A DNA stretch of 61,868 nt, filler included, from Choristocarpus tenellus KU-1152 (GCA_964200185.2; 12 parts of 12 records of this genome joined end to end with filler, not necessarily neighbours in it), one strand, 5' to 3'. Positions 1 to 13,915 are shown, numbered from the whole stretch's first letter. Notes: generated by a model not told the origin, from the sequence alone. Program-made: numbers and translations.

Positions 1-4
1 AACC

Positions 5-35
<31 letters not shown>

Positions 36-690
36 CAGATACTTTGGCCCTCCTTGGAAATACACCCTCAACTACAAAAGGCCATGCTCCCAAAAAATAT
101 ATTTTTTAAACCTTCGTTCCGTGGAATAATAATAAAATTTGAACATCGGAATAACAATTCTTAGACTCAAGAGTGTTCCACCGTATTTGAAAAATTCAAA
201 CTGGAACCACACATTATATATAAATATATATATTTATATATATATATTTATATTTCCATGAGTAGGTCCGGTCTGGTTGTGGTACACGAGTCTTGAGCAA
301 TGTGAAGCACACTCTAAGGATAATATACCAGCACACTCTCACACCTAGTCCTCACTCTAGAGCCATACTCTACTAAAAGGGTTAGGGTTAGCTGCAGTTA
401 ATTATTCATTTCAGGCATGGACACAGTGTATTGTGAGGTATATATACCGTACACGAAAATATATATAATTATATCATTATATAATTATATAATTATTGGA
501 GAGATTATATCATTAATGAAAATAATCATACAGTACCGGACTGTAATCACGCCCCTCCAAGCACCTCCATTTTTATCTTTCAGTCCAGAGAAATAAAATA
601 ACAGAAGGAGTCAGTGCCCTATCTATCCCCACAACATCAAAATATTATCACATTTAATTCAATGCTCTATATACCACACATACTACACAC

Positions 691-822
691 CTCACTGCAG
701 ATGGGACCAACATATTCCACAGGTAATTCACGGTAGCTGGAGGCAACCTTCTGGCACTGAGACAGGTCAATATTAGGCTGGGGATTGGTGTGCCAAACCT
801 GAGAGGAGCAAAAAAAGAAGTA

Positions 823-878
<56 letters not shown>

Positions 879-3800
879 CAACAACAACAACAACAAAAGT
901 ATTCATGAAATCGATTAAAAGATACTAAGAAAAGAGTTTAGTCACAAGTAAATCGTAACGATAATAATTTTTTTAAAGAACAAAAATGTATACATTCATT
1001 AAGATATTTAAAAAGTCCTGATTTTAGCACTAAGATAGCATAGGAAAAATAAAAAAAACAATACAAGTCATACAGTATGCAACTCCATTTCAAAACTGTT
1101 TCAAAACTGAACACACGCGACTCAACATCCCTACTATATCATAGTCAACCCTAACCCTAATCCTAATCCTAATCCTAATCCTAACCCTAATCCCAACCAT
1201 AACCATAACCCTAACCCTAACCTTAACCCTAACCACATTTATAATAATTGCCCAAAAGAGACTCCTTTCTTGCACGCACGTTCTACACGCACAATCATAG
1301 TACTAACACAATACACACAAAAAAGAAAACAATAATCTTAGAGTAGGTGCTAAGGTTCAGGACTCTTGGAACCAGTGCAGCAGTGGAGCAAGTACAAAAC
1401 AATTCTAAAAAGAGTCACACAAACCCAAATAAGACAAAAAATATATGTATACATTTTTATTGTCTTTCATTTTTTTCTGTTTGTACCACTGCGTGTGTGT
1501 TTCTTTTTCATAATGACGGTCGCAAATATATATATATATATATTCTTAACACATATATTTGACAGAAGAAGTCCAAACCCTAACCCTAACCCTAACCCTA
1601 GCCTAAATTTCAAAAACTAAAATAGTGAGATGGAAACAACACTAAACATCAAAAAAGCAATAATACCCAACCGGATCACTCTTTAAAAAAAAATGAAGAA
1701 CAAACCCATGCTACACAAAAATCAAAAAATCGAAAAATCGAAAAAAATAAACATTACTCACATCACTCTGTATTCTTGACTCTCCTGACATATCCGACGC
1801 CTGCAAAACACAAATAAAAAAATAAGCAGCAAATAGCAGCAGTAAACACCAACAAACATGTCAACATTCAAACACAACAGAAAGAATATTTTTTCATTTT
1901 CAACATAAACCCAAAAATAAAACAAAAGAATATCAGAGGAGAAACAATTAATTACAAAGCGTATATTATCAATTAGAATGGTACATACTAGGGGTTTCAC
2001 CACCAACAGATTTTACTGATAAAAAAGTTAAGATATGTGGACTAACTCCCACAGGTGAAAGCTGGGGGAGGAAGGATACACTAGTTCAGAAGAGATTTTC
2101 TAGCAGGGGACTATTACTATTATTACTCTTATTATTACTGTTACTTATTAATATTGTTATTATTGATATTATTATTTCTATTACTGTTACTATTACTACT
2201 GTCATAGTTATTACTGTTACTACTACCACTATTACTATTGCTAATACTATTACTATTATTATAGTTCACCTTAGTCTGAGGTGTCCAAGTGGTTACTATT
2301 ACTGTTATTATCATTACTATTACTGTTACTATTATTAGTGTGGTTATTATTAATGATATTATTACTATTACTGTTATTGTTATTACTGTTACTACTACCA
2401 CAATAAATATTGCTAATACTATTACTATTATTATTACAACCCTAACCCTAACCCTAGACCAGCGACCAAAAAAAGGTTCTCTAAAAAAGTCAATACACAC
2501 TGGTTGGGAAGTAACAACTAGTACAAAATAAGAAAAAATATGGTATCAACCAACAAGGTAGGATACAATATATCCCTGCAGGGTAAACACCTAAAATAAC
2601 ACCATACCAACCTACCAACACACCCCACAACCTGAATTCAACAAAAAAACAGCCACCCCCAAAAGCATGGGTTGCACTTTTCACCTCTGGCTACAATACC
2701 TCCAACAAAAAGGTGACAAGAGTACCCCCATCAATCTCATCACAAACACAAAGGAGGGAGTGAGAGATAGATGGGGAGGGGGGGTGCATACACTTGAACT
2801 GGGAGGCATTGGGTACTTGGTTTATCTGTTATCAACCCACAGCTGTAAAATAATAATAATACTGCTAATAACAACAATAATAATAACAATATCTATTTTT
2901 GCAAAGGTGTCATGTATCATACGTACACCTCAGCCCAGTACACTGTGATACCCAAACTATAAAATAAATACAGTCATTTCAGCGCAGTAGACCTGTACCT
3001 TCATCATCTGTAACTTCCCAAACACAATACACACTTACATGACTTCCATCACTCATATTACTAATAATACTAATATACCTTACATTACTCTCATTACATA
3101 CATTACCAACAATAATTATATTCATTACATCCCATACATTCCATACAATACTAATATTACTTACATTACCTATATCCCTTATATTCCTTATAATATTAAC
3201 ATTACTTACACTACCTATATCCCTTACATTCCAAAATAGAGCATATATACACATATACATACATACATGTACATATGTACCGCCACAACAAACGCCTTAC
3301 ATCTCTATAGAGAACACCTCGGTGTGTACACCAAACAGGCGAATGGATAGATGAAGAGCAGGGAAGGAAACATCCCAAGCCTCACAGAGAGAGACAAGCA
3401 TAAACTACAAAGAGGACTCACGTATGTCTCATCCACCATCCGCTGAAAGTCATTGTACAACTCTGGCTGGGAGTGAAGGAGGTCGCCTGTAAGAGCCAAC
3501 ATCTCAGCCTTGTTCACCAGATGGAGCTGCCGCATGTGAAGAATCTGCATAAAATAAAATAAAATAAAATAAAAGGTAAAAGGTATCGAGATGGTGGGGG
3601 GGGGCAGGGGAGGGGGAGGGGGAGAGGGAGAGGGAGGGGGGGGGGGGTAAAGGTTAAGATAAGAGAAGAACAAAAAATATAGAGATGGTAGTGTAAGAGA
3701 TTCCAATTGTCATTTTCTACTACAACAAAAAATATCACTGGAATGTATTTCTTTATTTAACACGCATGTATTTCTTTCCAAATATTTTATCTGCGATTTC

Positions 3801-5574
3801 GTTTGATGAATTAAAAACACAAAACCACCCTAATCACAGTAATGAATTAATAAAGAACAGAATAAATTCCTCCATCCCCCTCCCCTCCCCCCTTGCCCCT
3901 TACCTCCAATCCTATCCTTTTCCTGCACAATATTATTATTATTATTTCTTTCCTGTTTCTCTTGGATATAATATGAATATAAATATATAATGATGTCCAA
4001 ACATGCACCTTTATTAATATTAATATTTATGTTAATTTATATATTTATATTTATTTATATACTTATATGCATGAGGGAGTGCGTGCATAAATCTTACCTT
4101 GATGAAAGAGGCCCACGCATCCCTCCCTTGCTCCAGAACAACACTCTTGATCTGACTCAGGAGGACCTCCTCAGGCGTTTGTGGTGTCTTCTTTCAAGGA
4201 AAAATAATAAAAAACAAAGGAGTGCAACAACAGCAGACAACACAGACAGTCACATCCCATACATTAATTTTCATTACATTCAATACATAAAGTATGTTCA
4301 ATACACATTAATTATATTCATTACATTCAATATACAATTTATTTTTTATACATTCAATACATTAATTATATTCATTACATTCAACATATAATTTATACTC
4401 AACACATTCAATATGTACATTATATTTATTGCATTCAACATATAATTTATACTCAATACATTCAATACATTCAATATATATACATTATATTCATAAACAG
4501 ACACACACGCAGTGCCAGAGTTCAGTTGCCACATCCCAAAAAAAAAATCAATTAAATTCAATTATAATAAAATTAAATAACTTTAAATAAATTTAAAAAA
4601 TGGAGAGGAAGTAACACGCAACTTGGGGACCAAAAAAAAGGGTCAGAGCGTGGACAGGCAGGGTATGAAAAAAGGGCAAGAGGACAGGCAACAGGGGAGG
4701 ATAGAGCAAGGGCCAAAATGTATTTTTTCAACTATGACTGATAAGAACACTTTTTATATTTTTGACTTCGATTTCATTTTCTTCTAAATCTATTTTATAA
4801 TAAAATAAAATAAACATTTTCAAGTCACACCAATATACTAAAGAGGGACTCTTGGGTTTGGGACGAAAAAGGAATGAGGGGCACCATCCATACATGAACA
4901 TACCTACATATATGTAGATATATATACATAGATGTGTAGATATGATTCAGTGGAAGAGATGATTAATTTCCATATTTTATTCTGCTGAACAAGGAGAGCA
5001 CAGAATTGAATAGTAGACCTGATGTAGGCATGGGCCATTCATAGAACCATTATCATTATCATTATCACATATATATATATCGTCTTCTTTGATATTGCAC
5101 TGCATGTCGTTACTTTAGGAAAGCACGTGAGTGTGGAGGACAAGGATCACCCTAATTGTGCCAGGGGCTGGTTTTATCTTAAACCATCTTATCCCAACGG
5201 TCAGTCACCTTCCCCAGCACTCACAAACAAGCTCCATCCACAACACTCAACAGATGACAATAAACATAAAAACTACCAGGAACCATTGCATGTTTTTCTT
5301 CTAAATACAGGATATGTTCATATCAACACCATACCCCAATCCCCCGTCCATGCACATCACATCACATCACATCACATCACATCACATCATCTCAAACACA
5401 ACAACAACAACAAAAAATCAACCTTTCTTTCAAAGACTTCTAACCCTTTCCCCCCCCCTGCCCCCACCCCCACCAACTCACACACTCGTACACATACACA
5501 CACAACAGCACCTGGTGAACATATCGGTGGTCAGGCGAGCCCCCCACCCCCCAAAGCTCTTCTTCTTTCTCGAC
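691..5574 (-). CDS. SIN3: SIN3-like paired amphipathic helix corepressor, internal fragment (PAH domain and start of HDAC-interaction domain)
   Basis: GT-AG exons 4190-4098, 3544-3422, 1800-1762 and 798-691 (plus a probable exon ending near 5511) join in phase 0. The product is KTPQTPEEVLLSQIKSVVLEQGRDAWASFIK|ILHMRQLHLVNKAEMLALTGDLLHSQPELYNDFQRMVDETY|ASDMSGESRIQSD|VWHTNPQPNIDLSQCQKVASSYRELPVEYVGPICSE. This shows a PAH helix pattern followed by the Sin3 HID start (IDLSxC...SYRxLPxxY...CSE). The gene is incomplete at both ends within this contig. Confidence 0.85.
824..896 (+). repeat. (AAT)n(AAC)n microsatellite in SIN3 intron
   Basis: Direct reading. It is the source of the poly-L and poly-I pseudo-ORFs. 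Confidence 0.95.
1147..1234 (+). repeat. Interstitial telomere-like (AACCCT)n / TTAGGG degenerate array
   Basis: aaccct/aatcct/aaccat hexamers. Similar short arrays occur near 378-390, 1576-1605, 2438-2455, 9175-9200, 17738-17760, 19113-19145, 49882-49898 and 50307-50326. Confidence 0.85.
2110..2437 (+). repeat. Degenerate trinucleotide (TTA/CTA/CTG) low-complexity tract, intronic
   Basis: 3-nt periodic AT-rich sequence that gives poly-I/T/N pseudo-ORFs. Confidence 0.85.
3039..3275 (+). repeat. Degenerate AT-rich ~9-nt periodic repeat, intronic; a related tract lies at about 4255-4495
   Basis: Units such as cattacata/ccttacatt/ctaatatac. The second tract is built from acattcaat/attatattc units. 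Confidence 0.7.
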
Positions 5575-5674
5575 NNNNNNNNNNNNNNNNNNNNNNNNNN
5601 NNNNNNNNNNNNNNNNNNTTAATTAATTAANNNNNNNNNNNNNNNNNNNNNNNNNNNNNNNNNNNNNNNNNNNN
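5575..5674. other. Artificial contig-joining linker (first of 11)
   Basis: 44 N + TTAATTAATTAA (stops in all six frames) + 44 N. Identical linkers at 16376-16475, 19989-20088, 23782-23881, 26814-26913, 31715-31814, 39509-39608, 43585-43684, 47859-47958, 50479-50578 and 53866-53965. Confidence 0.99.
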
Positions 5675-6354
5675 GGGGTGGAGTTTTAGCTTGAATGCCT
5701 ACAGTTGCAGTAGCACCCCCCCCCCCCTCCCCCCCTTTGAAAAAAAAATTCGTGTCTCCCTAACATTATCAAACCCTTCCAGAACGCCTGTTACAGCCCC
5801 TAGAGCAGTTCTCTTTCCTCATTAGGTGACCCTTGTTTTTTCACCTTGCTTTCCAATACTATAGCCCTTTCAGCCACCACTTACTCCCATCTTCCTGTCC
5901 TCCTTCCCCGCCACCTCTTCCCCATTGTCACCCTCATCCTTTTAACCACTTTGCTCTCTGCTCCTCGTACAATGTTTACAACAAAGACTGGGAGATGGGG
6001 CCTTCCAATAAAAGAGAAAATGCTGCTATTCACAGTTTCAACCCCTCCAGAACCAGGAATTAACCTGGAACCAGAATTGGAACCAGAAACGGAGCCACCA
6101 ACCAGAGCAAACAAAGTTGCTACTCACAGTGTCAGTCTCTCCAGACCCTGGCACCAAACTGAGAACATAGCCATCCCCACTGATCCAGAAACGGGCTCAG
6201 ACACATGCCCGAGGGTCAACTTGGAAACACCCTCAAAGCAGACTCTGCCTCTGCCCTTGTCCTAGTTCCTGTGCCATTTCCATCTGTGGGACCACGCAAG
6301 TGCTAGGACTCAGACCTAAGTCCTGATCTATGTGAACAAATCCTACCCCTGACC

Positions 6355-9300
6355 TCAGCCCATACCAATCTTTACAACTCCAGAATCACCTCCTCCTTGT
6401 TTTGGTCCTAATGATCCCTCGGAAGGGGCTAGGGTCGTCCCATTAACCCCCATGCCACTGCATACCTCCTGCAGAAATCCCTTTCCTCCATCCTTAACAT
6501 CTTCACCTAAGAAGTCCTCATTCTCATCCTCAACATAACCGCCATTTATAAAAATTCGGTCATCTACCACAGCAGCATCTACTCCACATGTTGCCACCCT
6601 ATTGAGCTCCTCCCCTTGGCCCCCCACCTCCTTCTCCTCCCTTTCTATTTGTCCCTCAACATACTCCTCCTGCCCTACCCCCTGCCCCATTGTCTCTCCT
6701 GCACTTGCTCCTCTATTGGAGATACCATTCAACTCAGCTCCTCGCCCAGAGCCTGCCGCTCCTGCTCCTACCCCTACTGCAGCCTCAGCAGCTGCACCAG
6801 CAGCAGCTCCTGCAACAACCCCTGCAGCCGAGACCACGGCCACAGCACCAGCAGCTACTGCAGCTGCTGCAGCTCTCAAGCTTCCACCCCGTGTCATTAC
6901 TGTCCAGTTCCCACTTGAAGGCTGCCATCCTTCAGCAAGAAGGGTTGAGATTGATGGGGTATTTGTAGAGATGGTAACAGGGGTCGGAAGTGGGGCCTGG
7001 GCAGGGGTTCGCAGTGTTGTATGGTGGGGATGTAGGGGGTCATGGGAGCTGTTTGTAAGAGGGATGGCAGCGGGACCATCGAGCAATTCCCACTCACCAC
7101 ATAGCAGTTGCTTATTGTCCTGTGAAGACAACTGTGTGTGTATATTTGTGTGTGTACAGGTTTGGGTGATTAGATAACATTAGAGTGAGTCAACTGGAAG
7201 AGTATTGATTGCTTGCCCACTTCATGACACCACTGTGCTTCGAAGAACTCTCCATGTACTGGTGCAGCACAAGGTACTCACAAAATAACTTCAAAAAATT
7301 GATACATGTAAGAACAGAATCCTAAGTATTGCACAAAAAATAATGAGTGATCTAGGGTTCAGAAAGGGTGAACTTAACCTCAACAGCAATATGGACACAC
7401 CATCTCAATACAAAAGCTGCACTTAATGAGAAATGATACCTAGCATCAGAGCTTTTTTGTTGCACATGACAAACAAGTGTCACTAGGCACACAATAGTAC
7501 AATCAATGACAGCATTCCAGGTCTAGAGGAAAAACTCCCTCCTCTAGGGTGGTGTTAGCAACACACTATTGGCCTCTCTTTCAGAGGCTACACAAATAAG
7601 CTACATAAGATTTTAAGTTGAAATTGATACCAACAATAGAATAAGATTATACCAATGAAAAAACTGCACCTCACAGTATGGCAGTGGCGCAATTCTTACA
7701 AAGTCATGTTCAATGATCGCAAGTCAGCTCCTACTTTTTTACTTAGTGATGGTAAGTATTTCCACTCAACGAACCCTTGCATTCAAAACACCTGTAAAAG
7801 TTGTGGTTTATGTCCTACATAGTAGTCTAGCACTCTCTGTACAGATTGTGGATATGACACATTAACAACAAAACAAGGAAACCAACGAGCGTATCAAATA
7901 GCACACATGAACCATCACCTTCACACAGAGCCCAACACACACCTCCAACACAACCACGCACCGCCCCCCCCCCTCCTCCCTGGAGCTTAATTCTACATCA
8001 GCCACAGCCCAAAAGTCAACTCTATCCGTGAAGTTGATTAATGTAACCCAACAAACAGGATGCCCCTCCCCTGCCTTTTTTGATATACCTATAGATTACA
8101 TCCAGCATAACCCCGCCCCCACCTCCACCACCTACCCATCCCAGCTCTTAACATCACAAATTAATACTGTTTACTCTAGAGAATGTTAACACAAATTATA
8201 ATCTTGCACACAGTGATAATGACATCCAACACAGTGTTTGAGAAGCAATAGCTGACTGGCATAGAAGGAACCTCAGAAAAACATATGTAAGCTGGTGCAA
8301 CAAGTGAATCTAACGGAAGGTTTAGAAGTGAAACAAAAAATTCAAGTACTACACATCCAAAGCCTTTCTCAGGATCAAATCACACAAAAGATTCAGATCA
8401 ACAGGGACATACTTCCCCTAACCTTTGTTTGGTACTTCACTTCTCCTCACACATGAAAAGAAAATTTAAAACAACACACCAACCCAAGCAACCATCTTAA
8501 TACAACCCCTAAATAACAGGCCACCTCCCCCTGTCCCCCCTGCAAACCATCAAGCCTCATCACAAAAATCGCCTCTCCTGATGGCGCTCATCACCAGCAA
8601 CTGACCTTTGGGACGGACTGCAAGTCTTGCATATCCCCAGCTCCATGTTCCCAGCTGCTGTTGGACAATGACGACTCTGCCATAGATGCATTGTTTGCAC
8701 CATTTGGAAGTATTCTGTCCATCAGCTCCCCCTTCTCTCCACCGCTCTTCCCACTTCCTCCTCCATTAATGCGCATCATATCACCCATTAAAGGTGCTGT
8801 GCTAGTCATCCCTGCTACAGTCCCCTGTTGGTCCAACCTATTCTCCCCAACCCCTCTTGTTGTCCCGACCTTGACTTCACCTCTCCGGGTCGAGTCACGA
8901 ACTCTGTCAAGGGAAAGTCTGAGCTCCTTGTCCGTGGGGTTGATGTCTTCCAGAACCTTCCAAAATATCCATGAGGGATAAATAGGGGTGAAGAGATGCT
9001 TTTTGAATGGACTGGTTGTGCTTTGGATAAGGACAGGATAGGAGAGCAGCACAAAAAAATAACATCATTCTGATTCTACACACCTCACAATTAACACAAT
9101 GCAAGTACAATGCTCTTACCATTTTTCCAGACAAATATGCTATCCTCCATTTGATCGAAGAACTGCACATTGTAGCCCTAGCCCTAGCCCTAACTCTAAC
9201 TTTCAATATCCCAAAAATATTATGTTTCCACTTACAACTTACACTCCATGCCCTACCCTCTCCACAACAGACACCAAACCCTATATGCCAAGGCAATGCC

Positions 9301-11410
9301 AATATTGCGGCAAATAATCCCCTAATACTAATCCTAACCCTAATTACCCCTCACACTATCTCACTCTCCACACAGGTATAGCCAATCCTAGCCTTGCCCT
9401 AGCCTAAACCAAAACCCTAACCATAGCGTACAGTCCACATGTCATCTTCCAGTTAAAGTCTCCTGGCCCTAATCACAACCCAGCCTCCACACAACACTGT
9501 TACCAAACCCGAACGTATTGATTGACATGTTGACATTACTGTTGACTCTAGCCCTAACCATTTTCTTACAATTAAACCGAAACTCTAAACTGGTAACCTA
9601 CCATACACTTGGACCTTCACCCAACTACAGAAGCACACCTGTTTCCAGGCAGCATTGGCCTTCCGATTGAAAGACACCTGTGCCTTTGCCAATTCCAGCA
9701 CTGATGCTAACCCTTCCCTGCTCCGGCACTCATGGAAGCTCTCCACCTTCCAAACACACACAAAATAAATGATTTCAAAAATATTACAAGAGCAAGTGCC
9801 AAAAAAAAGTGAATTGACTACACAGCATATACAGAACATGTACTAGGTAATCAGGTTAGTTGTGGGATCGAGAGAGTGAGGGGTCAAAATGATCAGGGAG
9901 AGGCCATACCCCTCGCAAACATAAGCTCCCACTCCACACATAGCCCTTACTCTAAGCGATAGCTGCCAAACACGTTAGTGGTTAAGTAGGTAGTACAACA
10001 GTGATTGGCAGTTCTTTTTTCCCATTTATTTCGCTATCTGCACAAATTGTACTAATTCACGCATACCGTATTATAGTTGGGTATAAATGAATACCTACAT
10101 GCCACCTTGCAGATGTTGCAGTTACAGTGGTATGTTAGTTCCACATCATTTTAGATTAAAAACATACTACTATGTACTTCAATTCGCAATCATGTATTTT
10201 CTTCTTGCAAGATGTTTCAGGTCCATAGAACTAAATTACTGGTGCTTCTTCTCTCACCTCCTCCTTGAAGGTTGATGCCACCACCCCTGCCAGGTTGTGC
10301 GCAGACTCCATGCGTTCTTCAGCCTTGCCAGAAAATCAGAACGGGGACTACATTAGATTAATGTGATTTGCTTATTTAATGTTGCAATCCTCTATTTAAA
10401 TACAATTCAACCCGTTTAAATACTTCAGGCATCTTCTAAGAAACCCCAAATTGTATACTTTCTCTCAGCAGGCAATGAAACAAGTGTCCATAGAAACCCC
10501 CACTGAATGTAAACCATACAAAAATAACCCATCCTCTAAGTTAGAATTGTAATTGAGGTCTAACAAAGCCCCCGGATCAGAAGTTGCATATTTCAGCCTT
10601 TCTCACAACATGAATGCACACAGGTATGTATTGTGTGTGTCACTCACTGCATCCATCTTTGCCCTCGAAAGTGCCGCTGCGTGAGGGTCCCCCCTGGCCC
10701 TGGCAGCATGCAGTCGTTGCTTGTTGCGTTGAAGGGAGGCATTGGCATCCTGAAATATACAAAAGGAATAAACGAGTTCAGTGAGTAACAGTGCATTCAT
10801 ACACCTACTACTCAGCCTCAAGCGTTTTTGTCCCATAAAGACGGTGAAATTTTATCATTAATCGTGGTATTTTTTTTATTTGGCTTGTGCTGCGGAAACA
10901 AACTGCCCACAACAGCTATTCATTGTATGACACATTCGAATCATACAAAAAATGACGAAATCAATGTGAGCAGATATAGAAAAACGGTTACATGCACAGT
11001 CTCTCTCTCTTGCCTGTCTTTATTTCTACTAGCAGGTGAAAAAAAACAAATATTATCATTACTGTTGCTCTTGGTCTTCATACAATAGTCGAAAAAAACT
11101 AAAAGCTGGAACAAAACAAAAAACTGCAGCTGTATGCAATAAGAATATCAAGTAACGCTACAGACAACTCTAGTCAATTATTTCGTTGTTTTACGGATGC
11201 TTACTACAGATAAATACACAATCCAATACATAAAATATATCCATCTCATTAATAAATATTACAAATATCTAAATTTGAATTCATTGTGACTATTGGACAG
11301 TTTCATACCTGTAGGCCTGTTAGAGCTCTCCCCCTCCCCCGCTGCACTTCATTGGCTGTAGCAAGGTAACCAAGCTGTTCACGCAGAGGATCCAACAGCT
11401 CAGATTCCTC
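6355..11410 (-). CDS. Sorting nexin-like protein: BAR (Vps5 C-terminal-like) domain followed by a long low-complexity tail; 3' part of the gene
   Basis: Phase-0 exons 11410-11309, 10749-10648, 10323-10258, 9746-9639, 8956-8606 and about 7131-6355 (stop). The product is EESELLDPLREQLGYLATANEVQRGRGRALTGLQ|DANASLQRNKQRLHAARARGDPHAAALSRAKMDA|AEERMESAHNLAGVVASTFKEE|VESFHECRSREGLASVLELAKAQVSFNRKANAAWKQ|VLED. This matches the SNX-BAR pattern (PLRE...EVxxF...AxAQ...W). A possible further upstream exon lies near 15608-15635. Confidence 0.7.
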
Positions 11411-12049
11411 CTGAACAATTCAAAATGTAGAGGGGGAGGGGGGTGGAGGACAAAGGGTGGGGATTGAGTGATGGGGGAGGAGAGGCAAAGAAGCAACCAT
11501 GTTATAAGCATGGTGCACAGATGGAAAAAAAGGATCATGCAGAAAGAGTGGTGTATTGGCATGCTGTGCTCAGGGACCTTGTGATTCAGGTGGTTGCAAC
11601 CCTACTCGAGTACACTATGTTAAACTACTAAAGGCTGACTCCTTCATACAGAGAACAAGGCATTTGTTAAACAAGTGGTGTCACTCACAAAGACAACTAA
11701 AAGGGTGGCATTGAAAGCTACAGTTGAAACAAACAAGACATACTAGCGATTGGACTTGACCTATGACTGCTCTATCTGAGTTGATTACTTCTACCAAATG
11801 CATGTATCTCCATGCTATACTACAATTCTACCAGAATGCTCCCTGCACTATGGTCGAAATGTCAACTGCTGATAGGGCTTGGTTACAACCCTTCCAGGTT
11901 CAAAAGAGTTTATTACCCCTTGCTGAGACATCTTTGCCTCCTTTGAATAACCCTTGAGAGCTGCTGCCATCATGACTAGGGTCACTGGGAGGTCTCACTG
12001 AGCTAATATAGGGAAGGTTCCTGTGGAGGAGTAAACTTGATGAAGCAGG

Positions 12050-13915
12050 AATCATCTAGTCATATCCCATCCAGATCCCATTGCTGCTGAAATGTCGCAC
12101 TCAAACGCGTATTGATGGGAGGTATCCTGGTTGTAATCCTCATAGGGCACAGTGATGTTGTGATCAGCACCTACCTTATGGTCTTCCCACACAGGAAATC
12201 TAGGAGGAAACTCATGTGATTTGTCAAGTGTAGGACAAGGGGTGCACTCAAGACCAATCTGCTGGTCCCTCTTCTTCAAGATTGCAAAAAAACACCTGAA
12301 ACACTCAGTGACTGCGAACATCCATGGTCGAATGTGAGATTCCTGAGAGACTGTTCGAAATTGTGCTCAGCAGGCTGCAAGTTTGTCTTCATTAATGAAA
12401 AGACACCCTGTAAGTGACTATTCTGCCTCAGTGGTCCTACAGTGGTCCTACAACTGTCCCACGAGTTGTCTTACACTCGATAGTATTAACAGTACTATGC
12501 CCAATATGTCAAGATGCATACGTGTTGGTCTGCATCACAACTGCCTTCCTAATTTCCACACTCTATTATCTTGTAAGACTTAGAGGGCAATCCATCTGCA
12601 AATGCACATTCTCATGGAAACACTTCCAGCAATGTGTCTCAGGGGAGCATCTGAAAAGGTGGTTCACTGGGTGTCTCAAGTCGCTGCATCCTCTGCAGGA
12701 GGAGGGTGAACCACAGGGCTGCCTTGTCAGAAACCACCCAAGGAGGACAAGAAGCACACTGGAGGTTTCCTCAACTGTGTGCTAGTCTGCAGGGAGGTCC
12801 TGGGAGTTGATGTTTGACCTGATCTTTAGTTCCTTGGTGACACTCTTTTCAATTTCCACTAAAATATCTCCTGATAGTGCATATTTGTTTTTGTACACCG
12901 CTGTACACTGGCTCCATTATGTCCTAATCAAACTTCCTTGCCAGGGTAATATTTTTCTTTGTTGGTTCATCACCATATTGGCAAATCAGTAATTTTGTGC
13001 GTTCACAAATTCCTTCCTAACTCTTACCACCGTGAGATTTGCGTCTGATAACTTTACCTTGAGTTTTGTTTATTGAACCGCCTGTCTCAAGTTGTCTCAG
13101 AAAAGAGATACACCTTCAGGTTAAAAAAAACAACGCATACAAATTCATGACAGGGTAATCCAACGCAACCAACAAATCAATGGAAAACATGGTCAACTAC
13201 CTCCCAGCAAAGAAACACAGGTCAAATTCGCATAAACAAGCTCACTAGGGGAAACCAACGCGGTAATAATGATATTGATGAAGCTAAGCTTAGCATAAGG
13301 GTCAGAGAGATATCTACAACCTGGTTAGAATTCTCCTTCAGAGCCTTAACAATATCCTAACAAATGCTGTCTACCTAGGATAGTAACATGAAAGCAAGAA
13401 CATGATACTCACACCTCTGCATCTGCAGCAATATTGGAATTTGTTCCTTCCTGCAGAGCTTAAGTGAACCTGTGTCATTGTCTTGACTGTCTTCTTCACA
13501 ATCTCCGTCGACTTGAAGTCTGAGCAGCCTGTGTGTTGACCAGGCGGAGGCCATGCCCTGGAGACACTGCGTTGGGTGAAGCCAGGTGATTGCCTTTTTC
13601 ATGCACCTCATTCTGACCTTGTGCCTTGTCCAGCATGGTTTGAACTAACAAATTATTTAGTTTTCATCCTCTGCAGTCAGTGCAAGATTCAATAACTGCA
13701 GTGCCATCAAGGTAGGGACAAAGGCAACGTTGTCCCAGGCATAAATAGCATGGTGACCTTGAGAAGGTGGGAAATATCTGCAACTGTCATCACACTGCCA
13801 ACTCATCTGTGCACACCCTTGGTGTGGCTAAACCCTGCACCTCAGTCCCATCAGCCTTCAGACCAAACTTCTGGAGGTCTTCCGTCCTGAGAACTGGTAC
13901 TGCTCCCACAATTGG
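12050..13915 (-). mobile_element. Degenerate retroelement gag/ORF1-like remnant with tandem zinc-knuckle-like motifs, intronic
   Basis: ORF 12757-12566 contains CRGCSDLRHPVNHLFRC...CWKCFHENVHLQMDCP (two CX2C..H..C-like motifs). The surrounding frames are broken by stops. Confidence 0.4.

Noticed and set aside
2792-2842. Possible extra SIN3 exon (cag...gtatg)
   Set aside because: It has a stop in phase 0, and the flanking exons already join in frame without it.
654-3260. Poly-L/I/T/N and VRVRV ORFs as proteins
   Set aside because: They are translations of intronic microsatellites and telomere-like tracts. Only short embedded exons are real.
5619-5630. Recurrent TTAATTAATTAA as a biological repeat
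   Set aside because: Always centred in exactly 44+44 N, so it is an assembly linker.
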